Below are positions 16,708 to 25,863 of a stretch of DNA of 64,000 nucleotides, one piece after another. A model generated the notes under the pieces. The model was not told the DNA's origin. It searched no databases and saw only the letters and a list, made by a program, of their open reading frames with translations. The position numbers and the translations under genes were made by a program. Origin of the DNA: Thermoanaerobaculia bacterium (GTDB taxonomy: Bacteria > Acidobacteriota > Thermoanaerobaculia > UBA5066); contig CAVRAY010000001.1 in NCBI GenBank assembly GCA_963719225.1, forward strand, positions 1,888,001-1,952,000. Direction: 5' to 3'. Every line of letters begins with the position of its first letter. Position 1 is the stretch's first letter.

Positions 16708-18969
16708 GTGGTGCGGCGTCCCATGGCCCTGTTCGGGCTGGTCGCGGCGGCGAGTCTCGCGGCGGCCTGCGGGGGCACGCGCCCCATGCCCGCGCTGGAG
16801 GACTACTCGCACGGAACTTCCGCCTTCGTGACCGAGTTGGGAAGGGAGTTTCAGGTCGGAAGAAGACCAGGAGAAGATTTCTTAGAAGGGGAAAGAGAAA
16901 GAGAGGATTTCTTAGAAGGTAATAGGGGAAAAGGCGCTGGTGCGATGGAGTCGCCGGCGGCAGCGCCCCTCAGGGAGTTTCAGTCGCGCTGGCGTTCCAC
17001 GTGCCATTTCCGCTGTGCTTCGGCGGTCCGCATCGTCGACCTTCAGAAGAAATCCTCTTCGGACCTGACTCTGCGCATTGAAGTCCGCCTCCAGGGCTTC
17101 GCCCGCGCGGAGGATCCGGAGCGCGTCGCGGCCTTGGGTGTCTTCGATCTCTCCCTCTTTCGCAGGGAAACCTCCGAATCCTCCTCGAAGACCCGCTGGC
17201 AGTTGCGTTCCGCTTCCGCCGTCGGCGCGTCCGAGATCCAGCGCGGCCATCCCCATCTCTTCGAGGAAGCCGCCGCGCGCGGTCTCGTCGCTCCGCACGA
17301 GCCCCTCGATCCCGTGGAGTCGACGAACCTTTGCCTCCCCGCGACGCACCACCACCCGGGAGTTCTGCTCGTGGACGTCGACGCGGACGGCGCCGTGGAC
17401 GTCGTCGTTCCGAACCGCCACCCGCGGCTTTTCCTGAACGACGGCTCCGGGCATTTCCTCGACGCGACCGCCGGCTCCGGCCTCGACCTCCTGCCCGAGA
17501 TGGAAGCGTCCGGGGGCGTCGCCGCCGACGTGGACGGGGACGGGCTGCCGGACCTCTTCCTCTCGAATCACATATCGCCGTGCCGGCTCCTGAAGAATCT
17601 CGGGCACGGGAGGTTCCGCGACGTCACCCAGGAGTGGGGCCTGGCGGGCCTCTCCGGGCCGTTCACGTCGGCCGTGTTCTTCGACGCCGACCGCGACGCC
17701 CGCGTCGATCTCTTCGTCGCGAGCTACGGAGACGCGCGCGCCACCGGCCCGGCCTATGACGGCCTGAACGGCACGGGCGACCGCTTCTTCCGGAACGTGG
17801 AGCGGAACGGGCACCCGTTCTTCGTGGACGAGACGGCGGCCTCCGGACTGCGGGACGTGGGCTGGGGCTTCGCCGCCGAGGCCTGCGACGCGGACGACGA
17901 CGGCGACGACGACCTCTACGTCGCGAACGATTTCGGGATGAACGGGTTCTTCGAGAACCGCTCCACGCCCGGCCACCCGCACTTCGTCAACATCGCCCGG
18001 ACGAATGGCACGAAGGACGAGGGATATGGAATGGGCGTCGCCTGGGGGGATTACGACGGAGACGGCCGCTGGGACCTGCACGTCTCGGATTACTGGACGC
18101 CCTATCGCTGGATCCTGAACGACTCCCGTTGGCCCATGCCGCCGCTCCCGGGCGCGGGCCTCGTGCGGGGACACATGGCGAAGATCATGAAGCGGCGTTC
18201 GGGGGGCGACGCGCTCTTTCGCAATCTCGGTGGCCTGAAGTTCGCGCGCACGTCGGAGGCAGCCGGCGTCGCGGACGGAGGCTGGGCCTGGGGCACGGAG
18301 TTCGTGGACCTCGACGGGAAAGGCCGCGAGGATCTCCTCGTCGTGAACGGCATGTTCCGGGCGACGACGGGCGTCGACGACGAGATCTCGTTCTGGAACG
18401 CGATGGGGCGGGAAGGCGTGAACTTCCACGACGGGATCTGGGGAGCCATCGACTTCGGCGTCAACGGCATGGCGTCACGGACGCCGAAGAAGCTCTTCTG
18501 GAATCGCGGCGACGGCACCTTCGAGGAGCGGGCGTTCGTGGAAGGGTTCGACACGCTCGAGGACACGCGCGGCCTCGCATATGCCGACCTCGACGGCGAC
18601 GGCGCGCCGGAGATCGTCGTCTCGTGCTTCCGCGGCCCCCTGCACGTCTATCGCAACGAATGGGGCAGCGGCGCCGGACGTGTCGTCGTCCGGCTCTCGG
18701 CCGACAAGGGCACGAACCGCGACGCTCTCGGCGCCGTCGTGCGCCTCACGGCCAACGGCAAGCTCCAGCTTCGCGAGGTGCGCGCGGGCTCGTCTTATCT
18801 CTCGCAGTCGTCGCACGATCTCCTCTTCGGCCTCGGCGGCGCGAAAGCGGCGGACCTCGAGGTCCGCTGGCCGGATGGGAGGAAGGACACGCTGCGCGAT
18901 GTTCCGGCCGGCACACTCGTGACGCTGGTCGAGGGAAGAAAAGAGAAGAGAGACTTGCTTAGAAAGTGA
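16708..18969 (+). CDS. CRTAC1-like lipoprotein: FG-GAP repeats plus ASPIC/UnbV domain
   Basis: Lipobox AAAC; repeated DxDGDGxxDL motifs; C-terminal NRDALGAVV...SYLSQS...FGLG...VRWPDG. Confidence 0.88.
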   Translation: MVRRPMALFGLVAAASLAAACGGTRPMPALEDYSHGTSAFVTELGREFQVGRRPGEDFLEGEREREDFLEGNRGKGAGAMESPAAAPLREFQSRWRSTCHFRCASAVRIVDLQKKSSSDLTLRIEVRLQGFARAEDPERVAALGVFDLSLFRRETSESSSKTRWQLRSASAVGASEIQRGHPHLFEEAAARGLVAPHEPLDPVESTNLCLPATHHHPGVLLVDVDADGAVDVVVPNRHPRLFLNDGSGHFLDATAGSGLDLLPEMEASGGVAADVDGDGLPDLFLSNHISPCRLLKNLGHGRFRDVTQEWGLAGLSGPFTSAVFFDADRDARVDLFVASYGDARATGPAYDGLNGTGDRFFRNVERNGHPFFVDETAASGLRDVGWGFAAEACDADDDGDDDLYVANDFGMNGFFENRSTPGHPHFVNIARTNGTKDEGYGMGVAWGDYDGDGRWDLHVSDYWTPYRWILNDSRWPMPPLPGAGLVRGHMAKIMKRRSGGDALFRNLGGLKFARTSEAAGVADGGWAWGTEFVDLDGKGREDLLVVNGMFRATTGVDDEISFWNAMGREGVNFHDGIWGAIDFGVNGMASRTPKKLFWNRGDGTFEERAFVEGFDTLEDTRGLAYADLDGDGAPEIVVSCFRGPLHVYRNEWGSGAGRVVVRLSADKGTNRDALGAVVRLTANGKLQLREVRAGSSYLSQSSHDLLFGLGGAKAADLEVRWPDGRKDTLRDVPAGTLVTLVEGRKEKRDLLRK
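16876..16920 (+). repeat. Two tandem copies of the dispersed element GATTTCTTAGAAGG, 30 bp apart
   Basis: Cores TTCTTAGAA at 16879 and 16909 in a GA-rich tract, encoding EDFLEG twice. A possible degenerate inverted partner lies at about 17041-17055. Confidence 0.85.
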
Positions 18970-19055
18970 ATGCGGAAAGACAAGAGCATATGCGGCAATA
19001 TCCATTCGATGAGCCGGCTTTTCTTTGTCCTCTTCTTCAATTCCCTTTCTAAGAA
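18956..19055. repeat. Convergent pair of TTCTWAGAA elements
   Basis: TGCTTAGAA at 18956 and TTCTAAGAA at 19047, spanning a gene junction. Confidence 0.75.
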
Positions 19056-22000
19056 ACCGTCTCTCTTCGAGCGTAGCGGTTGGGCCGCCCTTGCAATTCT
19101 GGTGGCAGCCGTCGCCTTGCCCTATTCCTCTTCAGCAGAAAATCCCTCTTCTCCCCGGTTCTCTCCCGAGCAGGCTTCGCGGATCCTGACGCTGCGAAAC
19201 GTGGGCCTCGCGCAACTCGAAGAAGACCGCCCGAAGGAGGCTCGCACGACGTTCGCGAAGCTCGCGGAGCTGCTGCCGGGCGAGCCGCTGCCGCTCGCGA
19301 ACGCCGCGATCGCAGCGTTGCGCGAGAAGGATCTGCCGGGAGCGGAGGCGATCCTCGGCAAGGCGCTCGCGCTGGGAGATCGGGCGGACCTTCAGGCCAT
19401 TCGCGCGCTTCTCGAAAACGAGCGAAACCGGCCCCCGGCCGCCCGGGCCGCTTTCGAGAGGGCCGCGTCTCTCGACCCGCACGACCTGGAGTCGCGCTGG
19501 CGCTTCGCGCGAAGCGTCGAGACGGACCCGTCCGCGTCGGCGGCCGACAAGGCCGCGCGCCGCGCGCGCCTCGCGGAGATCGTCGCGCGCTCGCCCTCGA
19601 ATCTGCCCGCGCGCCTGAAGCTCCTCCTCCTCGAGGGCGAGTCGAACGATGCGGCCGCGCTCTCGAAGGGCCTCGCGGAGCTGGATCCGCTCATCTCGGA
19701 CGGCGATGCCCGCCTGCGCCATTTTCTCGCGGAAGCCCGAACGCTCCTTGCCGGGGGCGACGTCAAGGGTGCCACGGTCAAAGTCCGCGTCCTCGAGAAC
19801 CTCCTCAGAGTCACGCCGCGCTACCAGCAGTCGCTCGGCGAGGTGTTCACGCAGGTCGTGGGGCTGCCCGTCGAGAAATTCTCCTCGAAGGTGGAGGAGG
19901 GATTGCGCACCGGCGCGGGTGCGGCGATTCCCGTGACGTTCCGCGCTCCGGCGGCGTCCGAGGAGAACGTGGAGAAGATTCTTCGAAAAGTGGATCTGAA
20001 GAACACGGGCGCGGCCGAGGCGTATTCCGTACCCGCCCCGTTCACCGCCGCTGTCTTCATCGATTTCGACCTCGACGGCGACCTCGACGTCTACCACTTC
20101 GGCGCGGGCAGGGCCGATCAGCTCCTCCGCAACAACCTCGATGGCACGTTCGCGGACGTGACGGCGAAAACCGGCGACGCGAAGCTCACCTCGAGAAAAG
20201 TCGTCCTCTCCGATGTGGATCGCGACGGCGATCCGGACCTCGTGGCGATCGACGCAAAAGGCGAGGTGGTCATTCGGCTGAATCTCCGCCAGGGCGTCTT
20301 CCGGAACGTCCCGCTCGGGGTGAATGGGGCGACGGATGTCGCGGTCGAGGACCTGAACGGAGATGGAATTCCCGACATCGTGGTGGCCACCTCCCACGGG
20401 CTGCGGCTGCTGTTGGGAAAGGGAGACGGGAGTTTCTTAGAAGGCGCGGGGAGCGGGCTCGATGCGGCGGGCGGCTCGGCCGCGATGCGGGCGGTGGTGC
20501 TTGGGGATTTCGACAACGACGGTTTTCCGGACGTCGTGGTGGCCTCTTCGGACGGCCTGCGCGCGTATCGCAACGTCGGGGGCGGCAAGTTCACGGACTG
20601 GCCGATCTTCTCTTCCCCTTCTAAGAAGTCTTCTTCCTCGTTCTCTTCGAACCTCTCGAACATCGAGGCGCTTCTCGCGTACGACGCGGACAAGGACGGG
20701 GATCTCGACCTCCTCGTCTCGGCCGGCGGGAAGACCACGGTCCTCGTCAACGACGGCGGAAATGCGAACGGCTGGCTCGACGTCGTGCTCGAAGGGCTGC
20801 AGACGGGATCGGGCAAGGTGAACAAGCACGGCGTCGGAAGCCTCGTCGAGGTGAAGGCGGGGAGCCTGTACGTCGCACGCACGGCGGGACTGGGGCCGAC
20901 GCATTTCGGTCTCGGGCGGCGCACGAAGGCGGACGTCGTGAGGGCGACGTGGACGAACGGCGTGCCGCAGAACCTCTTCGACCAGAAATCGAAGACCGTC
21001 GTGAAGGAGGTCCAGCAGCTCAAAGGTTCGTGTCCGTTCGTGTATGCGTTGAACGGCGAGGCCCGGGTCTGGAGCTTCGTCTCCGACGCGCTCGGCCGCT
21101 CGCCCATCGGGCTCCTCTACGACGGCGTCCACCTCGCGGGCGCCGACACGCGTGAATGGCTCTTCATCGACGGGGACACGCTGCGGCCCGACGCGCACCG
21201 CCGCCTCCTCCTCGACTACACCGAGGAGCTCTGGGAAGTCGCGTACCTCGACGAGGCGACGCTCGTGGCCGTCGATCATCCCGGGGGGACGGGCGTCGTC
21301 CCGAACGAGCGAACGATCCCGGGCGTGATGGAGAAGAAGGTCTTCACCGTGGCACGCCCGCGGCCACTGCGCTCCGCTTTCTCGGACGCCTCCGGCCGCT
21401 CCGAAGACGTGACCGGCCGGCTCGCGCGGCGCGACCGGGTCTACGTGAGCCCGGGGCCCGAGATGTTCTATCAGGGCGTGAGACAGGAGCACTCTCTCGT
21501 CCTCGATCTCGGCGACGTGAAGGGCGGCGATCGCGTCGTCCTCTACCTCTCCGGCTGGATCTTCTACACGGACACGTCCATCAACGTCTCGATCTCGCAG
21601 CGCGGGGACCTTCGACACTTTCCGCCGCTTCTCGAGGTTCCGGACGGAAACGGCGGATGGAAGATCGCGATGGAGTCGTTCGGCTTCCCGGCGGGCAAGA
21701 CGAAGACGATGCCCGTCGATCTCACGGGGCTCGTCGATCCGAAGGACCCGCGCGTGCGAATTCGCACCACCATGGCGATCTTCTGGGACGAGGCCTTCGT
21801 CACGGTGAACGACCCGGCGGTCGATGTGGTGACGACTTCGCTCGCGCCGTCCTCGGCTTCTCTCTCGGAGCGCGGCTTTCCGCGCGGGTATCGCGAGACT
21901 CCGGACGGACCCGAGGTGTTCGACCACGGCGACGTCTCGACCGCGCCGCGCTGGGAGGACATGCCCGGCCGCGTCACGCGCCTCGGCGACGTCACGGAGC

Positions 22001-22314
22001 TGCTCGCGAAGACGGACGACCGCTGGGTCGCGTTCAAGGGAGGCGACGCGATTCGCATCGCGTACGACGCCTCGAAGCTGCCGCCTCTCGCGCCGGGCTG
22101 GCGACGCGACTGGATCCTCGTCTCCGACGGCTGGGACAAGGACTTCGACAAGAACACGGTCACGGGCCAGTCCTACGAGCCATGGCCCTTCCATGCGATG
22201 TCGGCATACCCCTACCCGCCCTCCGAGCACCATCCCGATCCGAAGTTCCTCGAGGAGACGCTCACGCGAAAGGTCGGGCCCGAGCGATTCCGAAACGCGC
22301 TGGGGGAAAGATAA
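18970..22314 (+). CDS. TPR plus FG-GAP plus ASPIC/UnbV protein with C-terminal GSCP domain
   Basis: Signal-like segment, TPR helices, DFDLDGDLD/DFDNDGFPD repeats, HFGLG, KGSCPFVY, EELWEVAYLD, DGWDKD. The start may be ATG 19009. Confidence 0.85.
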   Translation: MRKDKSICGNIHSMSRLFFVLFFNSLSKKPSLFERSGWAALAILVAAVALPYSSSAENPSSPRFSPEQASRILTLRNVGLAQLEEDRPKEARTTFAKLAELLPGEPLPLANAAIAALREKDLPGAEAILGKALALGDRADLQAIRALLENERNRPPAARAAFERAASLDPHDLESRWRFARSVETDPSASAADKAARRARLAEIVARSPSNLPARLKLLLLEGESNDAAALSKGLAELDPLISDGDARLRHFLAEARTLLAGGDVKGATVKVRVLENLLRVTPRYQQSLGEVFTQVVGLPVEKFSSKVEEGLRTGAGAAIPVTFRAPAASEENVEKILRKVDLKNTGAAEAYSVPAPFTAAVFIDFDLDGDLDVYHFGAGRADQLLRNNLDGTFADVTAKTGDAKLTSRKVVLSDVDRDGDPDLVAIDAKGEVVIRLNLRQGVFRNVPLGVNGATDVAVEDLNGDGIPDIVVATSHGLRLLLGKGDGSFLEGAGSGLDAAGGSAAMRAVVLGDFDNDGFPDVVVASSDGLRAYRNVGGGKFTDWPIFSSPSKKSSSSFSSNLSNIEALLAYDADKDGDLDLLVSAGGKTTVLVNDGGNANGWLDVVLEGLQTGSGKVNKHGVGSLVEVKAGSLYVARTAGLGPTHFGLGRRTKADVVRATWTNGVPQNLFDQKSKTVVKEVQQLKGSCPFVYALNGEARVWSFVSDALGRSPIGLLYDGVHLAGADTREWLFIDGDTLRPDAHRRLLLDYTEELWEVAYLDEATLVAVDHPGGTGVVPNERTIPGVMEKKVFTVARPRPLRSAFSDASGRSEDVTGRLARRDRVYVSPGPEMFYQGVRQEHSLVLDLGDVKGGDRVVLYLSGWIFYTDTSINVSISQRGDLRHFPPLLEVPDGNGGWKIAMESFGFPAGKTKTMPVDLTGLVDPKDPRVRIRTTMAIFWDEAFVTVNDPAVDVVTTSLAPSSASLSERGFPRGYRETPDGPEVFDHGDVSTAPRWEDMPGRVTRLGDVTELLAKTDDRWVAFKGGDAIRIAYDASKLPPLAPGWRRDWILVSDGWDKDFDKNTVTGQSYEPWPFHAMSAYPYPPSEHHPDPKFLEETLTRKVGPERFRNALGER
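20434..20627. repeat. Convergent pair of TTCTWAGAA elements inside a CDS
   Basis: TTCTTAGAA at 20434 and TTCTAAGAA at 20619, the latter followed by a CT-rich tract. Confidence 0.8.
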
Positions 22315-22372
22315 TTTTGCTCGCTCGTGAACCGGGCCGACTGCGACGACCTACAGTGGGGCTGGTGTAAGG

Positions 22373-24133
22373 GTGTTTTTTCTTAGAAGGGTGAATTCTC
22401 TGACAGCAGCCGCACTCGCAGCGCTTCTCCTGTCGCCGCGCCCCTCTTACCCATTCGAAGGATCTTCTTCTTCTTCTTCCTCTTTGACTCCTCCCATCCG
22501 CTTCACCGACGTGACCAAGCGAGCGGGACTGAACTTCAGGTTCGAGACCGACCTCCGCCGCGGGCGGAACCTGGCGACCATGGGCGGGGGCGTGGCGATG
22601 GGGGACTTCGACGGCGACGGTTTCGCCGACCTCTTCTTCACGGGCTCCGTCGCGAACGGCAAGAAGCCCGACGCGGGTCCGTGCGGCGTCCTCTACCGCA
22701 ACCGCGGCGACGGCACGTTCGAGGACGTCACGGCTCGTTCGGGAATCCGGTCGTGCGGCTGGACGATGGGCGCCTCGTGGGTCGACCTCGACGGCTCGGG
22801 GCTCCCGGACCTGATCGTCACGGGAGTCGGAAAGACGTCACTTTTCAAGAACCTCGGGAACGGGACGTTTCGCGAGGAAGGCGCGGTCCGCGGACTCGTC
22901 GCGCCGGGCTACTCCGTGGGCCTCGCGGCTGGCGACGTCGACGGGGACGGCCGCGTCGACCTCTACGTCGTCGGGTACCTCGACACGGATTACAGGAAGG
23001 AACAGTCCTTTCCGGCGCTCCAGGTGCGGATGCCGGAAGACTACGAAGGGCAGCCGGCGACTTTGCTCGTGCAGGATGCCGGGGGTCGTTTCCACGGGCG
23101 CTCGAAACCGGCGGGCGTGACGAACGCGGGGGGGCGCGGGCTGGGAGCGGTGTTCTTCGACTACGACGGCGACGGCCGGCCGGACCTCTACGTCGCGAAC
23201 GACCGGTCGACGAACGTCCTCTACCGCAACCGTGGCGACGGCACGTTCGAGGACGTGACGGTCGAGACCGGCGGGGGCGCACGCGACCAGAAGATTCCCC
23301 GCGCGGGCATGGGAATCGCGGTCGGCGACGTGGACGGAGACGGGCTGCCGGACGTTCTCGTCACGAATTTCTCCGGGGAGCCGAACACGCTCTATCGAAA
23401 CGTGGACGGGATTCTCTTCGACGACGCGACCGAGACTTTTGGCGTGGATCGCGCCTCTTTTCCATACGTGGAATGGGGGACCGACTTCGCGGACCTCGAC
23501 GACGACGGCCGGATGGATCTCGTGGCGGCGTCGGGCCACCTCGTGCCGCGCATTCTCCTCACGTTCGCGAAGTTCTTCCGGAAGAACGGCCTCGGAGTGT
23601 ACGGGCTCGGTGACCACTCCTACGCGCAGCCGCCGCTCGTCTGGCGCAACGACGGGCACGGCCGCCTCGCCGACGTCACGCTCCAATCGGGCGACTGGGC
23701 AGCCCTGCGCCTCTCGGCGCGCGGGCTCGCGGTAGGCGACGTGGACGGCGACGGGCGGCTCGACGTCGCGATCGCCGCGATCGCCGGCGGGATCCGCCTC
23801 ATGAAGAACTCCACGGGGTCACCCGGGCACGCGCTCGAGATCCTGCCGGTCGCGGGAGCGGACCGCCGGACCGTTCTCGGGACGAGGGTCGTCGTGACCG
23901 CGGGCGCTCTCCGCCAGGTGCAGGAGTTCATCCTGCGGCCCTCGTACGCATCCGGGGCGTGGATGCCGCTGCACTTCGGGCTCGGCGCGGCGACCGCGGC
24001 TACGGTGGAAGTCGTCCCGCCCGGAAAGACGGCTCCCGCCTCGCGCTTCGAGGCCGTGGCCGCCGACCGTCTCTACACCCTGCGCGACGGGAAGCTCGAG
24101 GAGAAGAGGGGATTCAGGCTCCAGCGGCCGTGA
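22373..24133 (+). CDS. CRTAC1 family FG-GAP/ASPIC-UnbV protein
   Basis: Signal peptide, IRFTDVTKRAGL, TMGGGVAMGDFDGDG, AGMGIAVGD, ARGLAVGD, LHFGLG. Confidence 0.9.
   Translation: MFFLRRVNSLTAAALAALLLSPRPSYPFEGSSSSSSSLTPPIRFTDVTKRAGLNFRFETDLRRGRNLATMGGGVAMGDFDGDGFADLFFTGSVANGKKPDAGPCGVLYRNRGDGTFEDVTARSGIRSCGWTMGASWVDLDGSGLPDLIVTGVGKTSLFKNLGNGTFREEGAVRGLVAPGYSVGLAAGDVDGDGRVDLYVVGYLDTDYRKEQSFPALQVRMPEDYEGQPATLLVQDAGGRFHGRSKPAGVTNAGGRGLGAVFFDYDGDGRPDLYVANDRSTNVLYRNRGDGTFEDVTVETGGGARDQKIPRAGMGIAVGDVDGDGLPDVLVTNFSGEPNTLYRNVDGILFDDATETFGVDRASFPYVEWGTDFADLDDDGRMDLVAASGHLVPRILLTFAKFFRKNGLGVYGLGDHSYAQPPLVWRNDGHGRLADVTLQSGDWAALRLSARGLAVGDVDGDGRLDVAIAAIAGGIRLMKNSTGSPGHALEILPVAGADRRTVLGTRVVVTAGALRQVQEFILRPSYASGAWMPLHFGLGAATAATVEVVPPGKTAPASRFEAVAADRLYTLRDGKLEEKRGFRLQRP
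22380..22462. repeat. TTCTWAGAA element with degenerate inverted partner
   Basis: TTCTTAGAA at 22380; TTCGAAGGA at 22454 followed by a TCT run encoding poly-Ser. Confidence 0.65.
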
Positions 24134-24152
24134 GCATTCCGTCCTCCTCGCT

Positions 24153-24521
24153 TCAAAGCATGAACTGCCGGATGGAGCCGCAGACGGAGAGCAACTGAGG
24201 CCGATCCATGCGCCCGACGACGTTGCGGATGACGGATCCCATCATCTGCTGCACACCGGCGAGGCCGATCTTCGCCGACTGCTGCACGATGAAGCCCGCC
24301 TTGGCGACCTCGAGCGGCTTCATGAAGTAAGCGTCCATGCCGCTGTTCGTCAACTTAACGACGACGTCCGCCAGGGCGGCGCGGTGAGCGGTCGCATCCG
24401 GAGCCTGCTCGAGAGTGATGAGCACCGAGAGCGCTTCCTTCTGAAGGGGGACCGGGTAGTGAAAACGAAGGGACGGCTTCGACGACGGGCCGGGTGATTT
24501 CGAGGACGCGAGGATCTTCAT
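24153..24521 (-). CDS. Hypothetical protein
   Basis: 122-aa ORF with GC-rich third positions and globular composition, filling the gap between plus-strand genes. Confidence 0.6.
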   Translation of the reverse strand: MKILASSKSPGPSSKPSLRFHYPVPLQKEALSVLITLEQAPDATAHRAALADVVVKLTNSGMDAYFMKPLEVAKAGFIVQQSAKIGLAGVQQMMGSVIRNVVGRMDRPQLLSVCGSIRQFML

Positions 24522-24563
24522 GAGCCTGCGAGTTTGGCAGGGATACGGAAGAGGCGAAGAGAT

Positions 24564-24649
24564 TTCTTAGAGGGGAAGAGGGGCACGCCGCTCCTGTGTT
24601 TGCGGTGTCGAAACCCTGCGGAACACCTTCCGTATTCACCATCTAAGAA
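24564..24649. repeat. Convergent pair of element variants in a divergent intergenic region
   Basis: GATTTCTTAGAGGGG (core 24564) and ATCTAAGAAAA (24641). Confidence 0.7.
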
Positions 24650-24677
24650 AACACCACGACCCGAAGGGAGGCATTCC

Positions 24678-25727
24678 ATGAAACGCGTCCGAACCGCATT
24701 TATCGCTTTCGTCCCTGTTTTTCTCGCTTTCGCCTCATCCGCCCCCGCCCAGCCGGCGCCGATCGTGCTGCCGGATGCGAGCCCGAAAGCGTCCCTCACG
24801 CAGAACGTGGGCCTGGCCGAGTTCAAGGTCCTGTATCACCGCCCGGCCGTGAACAAGCGAAAGATCTGGGGCGAGCTCGTGCCCTACGGCGAGGTGTGGC
24901 GGGCCGGCGCCAACGAAAACACGACGCTGAGCGCCTCGACGCCGTTCACGTTTGGCGGGAAAGCGGTACCCGCCGGCACGTACGGTCTCCACGTGCTGCC
25001 TTCCGAGAGTGGCGACTGGACCGTCATTCTCAGCTCCCAGTCGAAGGCCTGGGGCAGCTTCAGCTACGACCAGAAAGAGGACGTCGCCCGCGTGAACGCC
25101 AAGCCCCAGTCGGCGGATTTCGTCGAACGGCTCGTCTTCACGTTCGACGAGCCCTCGAACGAGGCGACGGCGCTCTCGCTGCGCTGGGAAAAGATCCGCG
25201 TCGCCGTCCCGATCGCCATCGATACGAAACAGATCACGCTCGAGAGCATCCGCGACCAGCTCCGCGGGCTGCCTCGCTTCGGATGGCAGGGATGGAACCA
25301 GGCGGCCAACTGGTGCGCCCGCAACAACCTCACGACGGACGAAGCGATGGCGTGGGCGGACCGATCCATCACGATGCAGAAGAACTTCGCGAACCTTCGG
25401 ACGAAGGCCCTCCTTCTCGAGAAGAAGGGCGACGCGAAGACGGCCGCCGCCCTGCGCGCCGAGGCGTTGCCTCTTGCGACCGAGGCGGACATCAACAACC
25501 TGGGGTACCAGCTCCTCGGCGAGGGCAAGAACGCGGAGGCCCTCGACTTCTTCCGCAGGAACACGAAGGACCATCCCCAGTCGTGGAACGTCTGGGACAG
25601 CCTCGCCGAGGGCCTCGAGAAGTCGGGCGACAAGAAAGGCGCGCGCGAGAACTACGAAAAAGCGCTGACGATGGCCCCCGAGGACCAGAAAAAGCGCCTC
25701 AACGCCACGATCGCGAGGCTGAAGTAG
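24678..25727 (+). CDS. DUF2911 domain protein with C-terminal TPR
   Basis: Signal peptide; ASP...YHRPAV..RKIWGELVPYGEVWRAGANENT...GTY...WG; NVWDSLAE TPR; GGGAGG RBS. Confidence 0.9.
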   Translation: MKRVRTAFIAFVPVFLAFASSAPAQPAPIVLPDASPKASLTQNVGLAEFKVLYHRPAVNKRKIWGELVPYGEVWRAGANENTTLSASTPFTFGGKAVPAGTYGLHVLPSESGDWTVILSSQSKAWGSFSYDQKEDVARVNAKPQSADFVERLVFTFDEPSNEATALSLRWEKIRVAVPIAIDTKQITLESIRDQLRGLPRFGWQGWNQAANWCARNNLTTDEAMAWADRSITMQKNFANLRTKALLLEKKGDAKTAAALRAEALPLATEADINNLGYQLLGEGKNAEALDFFRRNTKDHPQSWNVWDSLAEGLEKSGDKKGARENYEKALTMAPEDQKKRLNATIARLK

Positions 25728-25863
25728 ACCCGGCTCTGACGTCTACTGCTTGACGTATACGGCGGTCATGCTCCGGCCCCTCGGGGCGCGCGCTGAGCCG
25801 GTTCCTCCCAAGAATGCGCTTCTCTCCACAGAAGGCCCCGAAAACGGGGAGAAGGAGGGAACG

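Noticed and set aside
14158-16812. 884-aa adaptor ORF and similar long N-terminal extensions (46079-48163, 57008-58294, 60095-62194)
   Set aside because: The upstream parts are off-frame readings of neighbouring genes; real starts are marked by stop/start overlaps and signal peptides.
16876-16920. Tandem GATTTCTTAGAAGG copies as a CRISPR array
   Set aside because: Only two 14-bp copies with a 30-bp period, inside a CDS, and no cas genes in the window.
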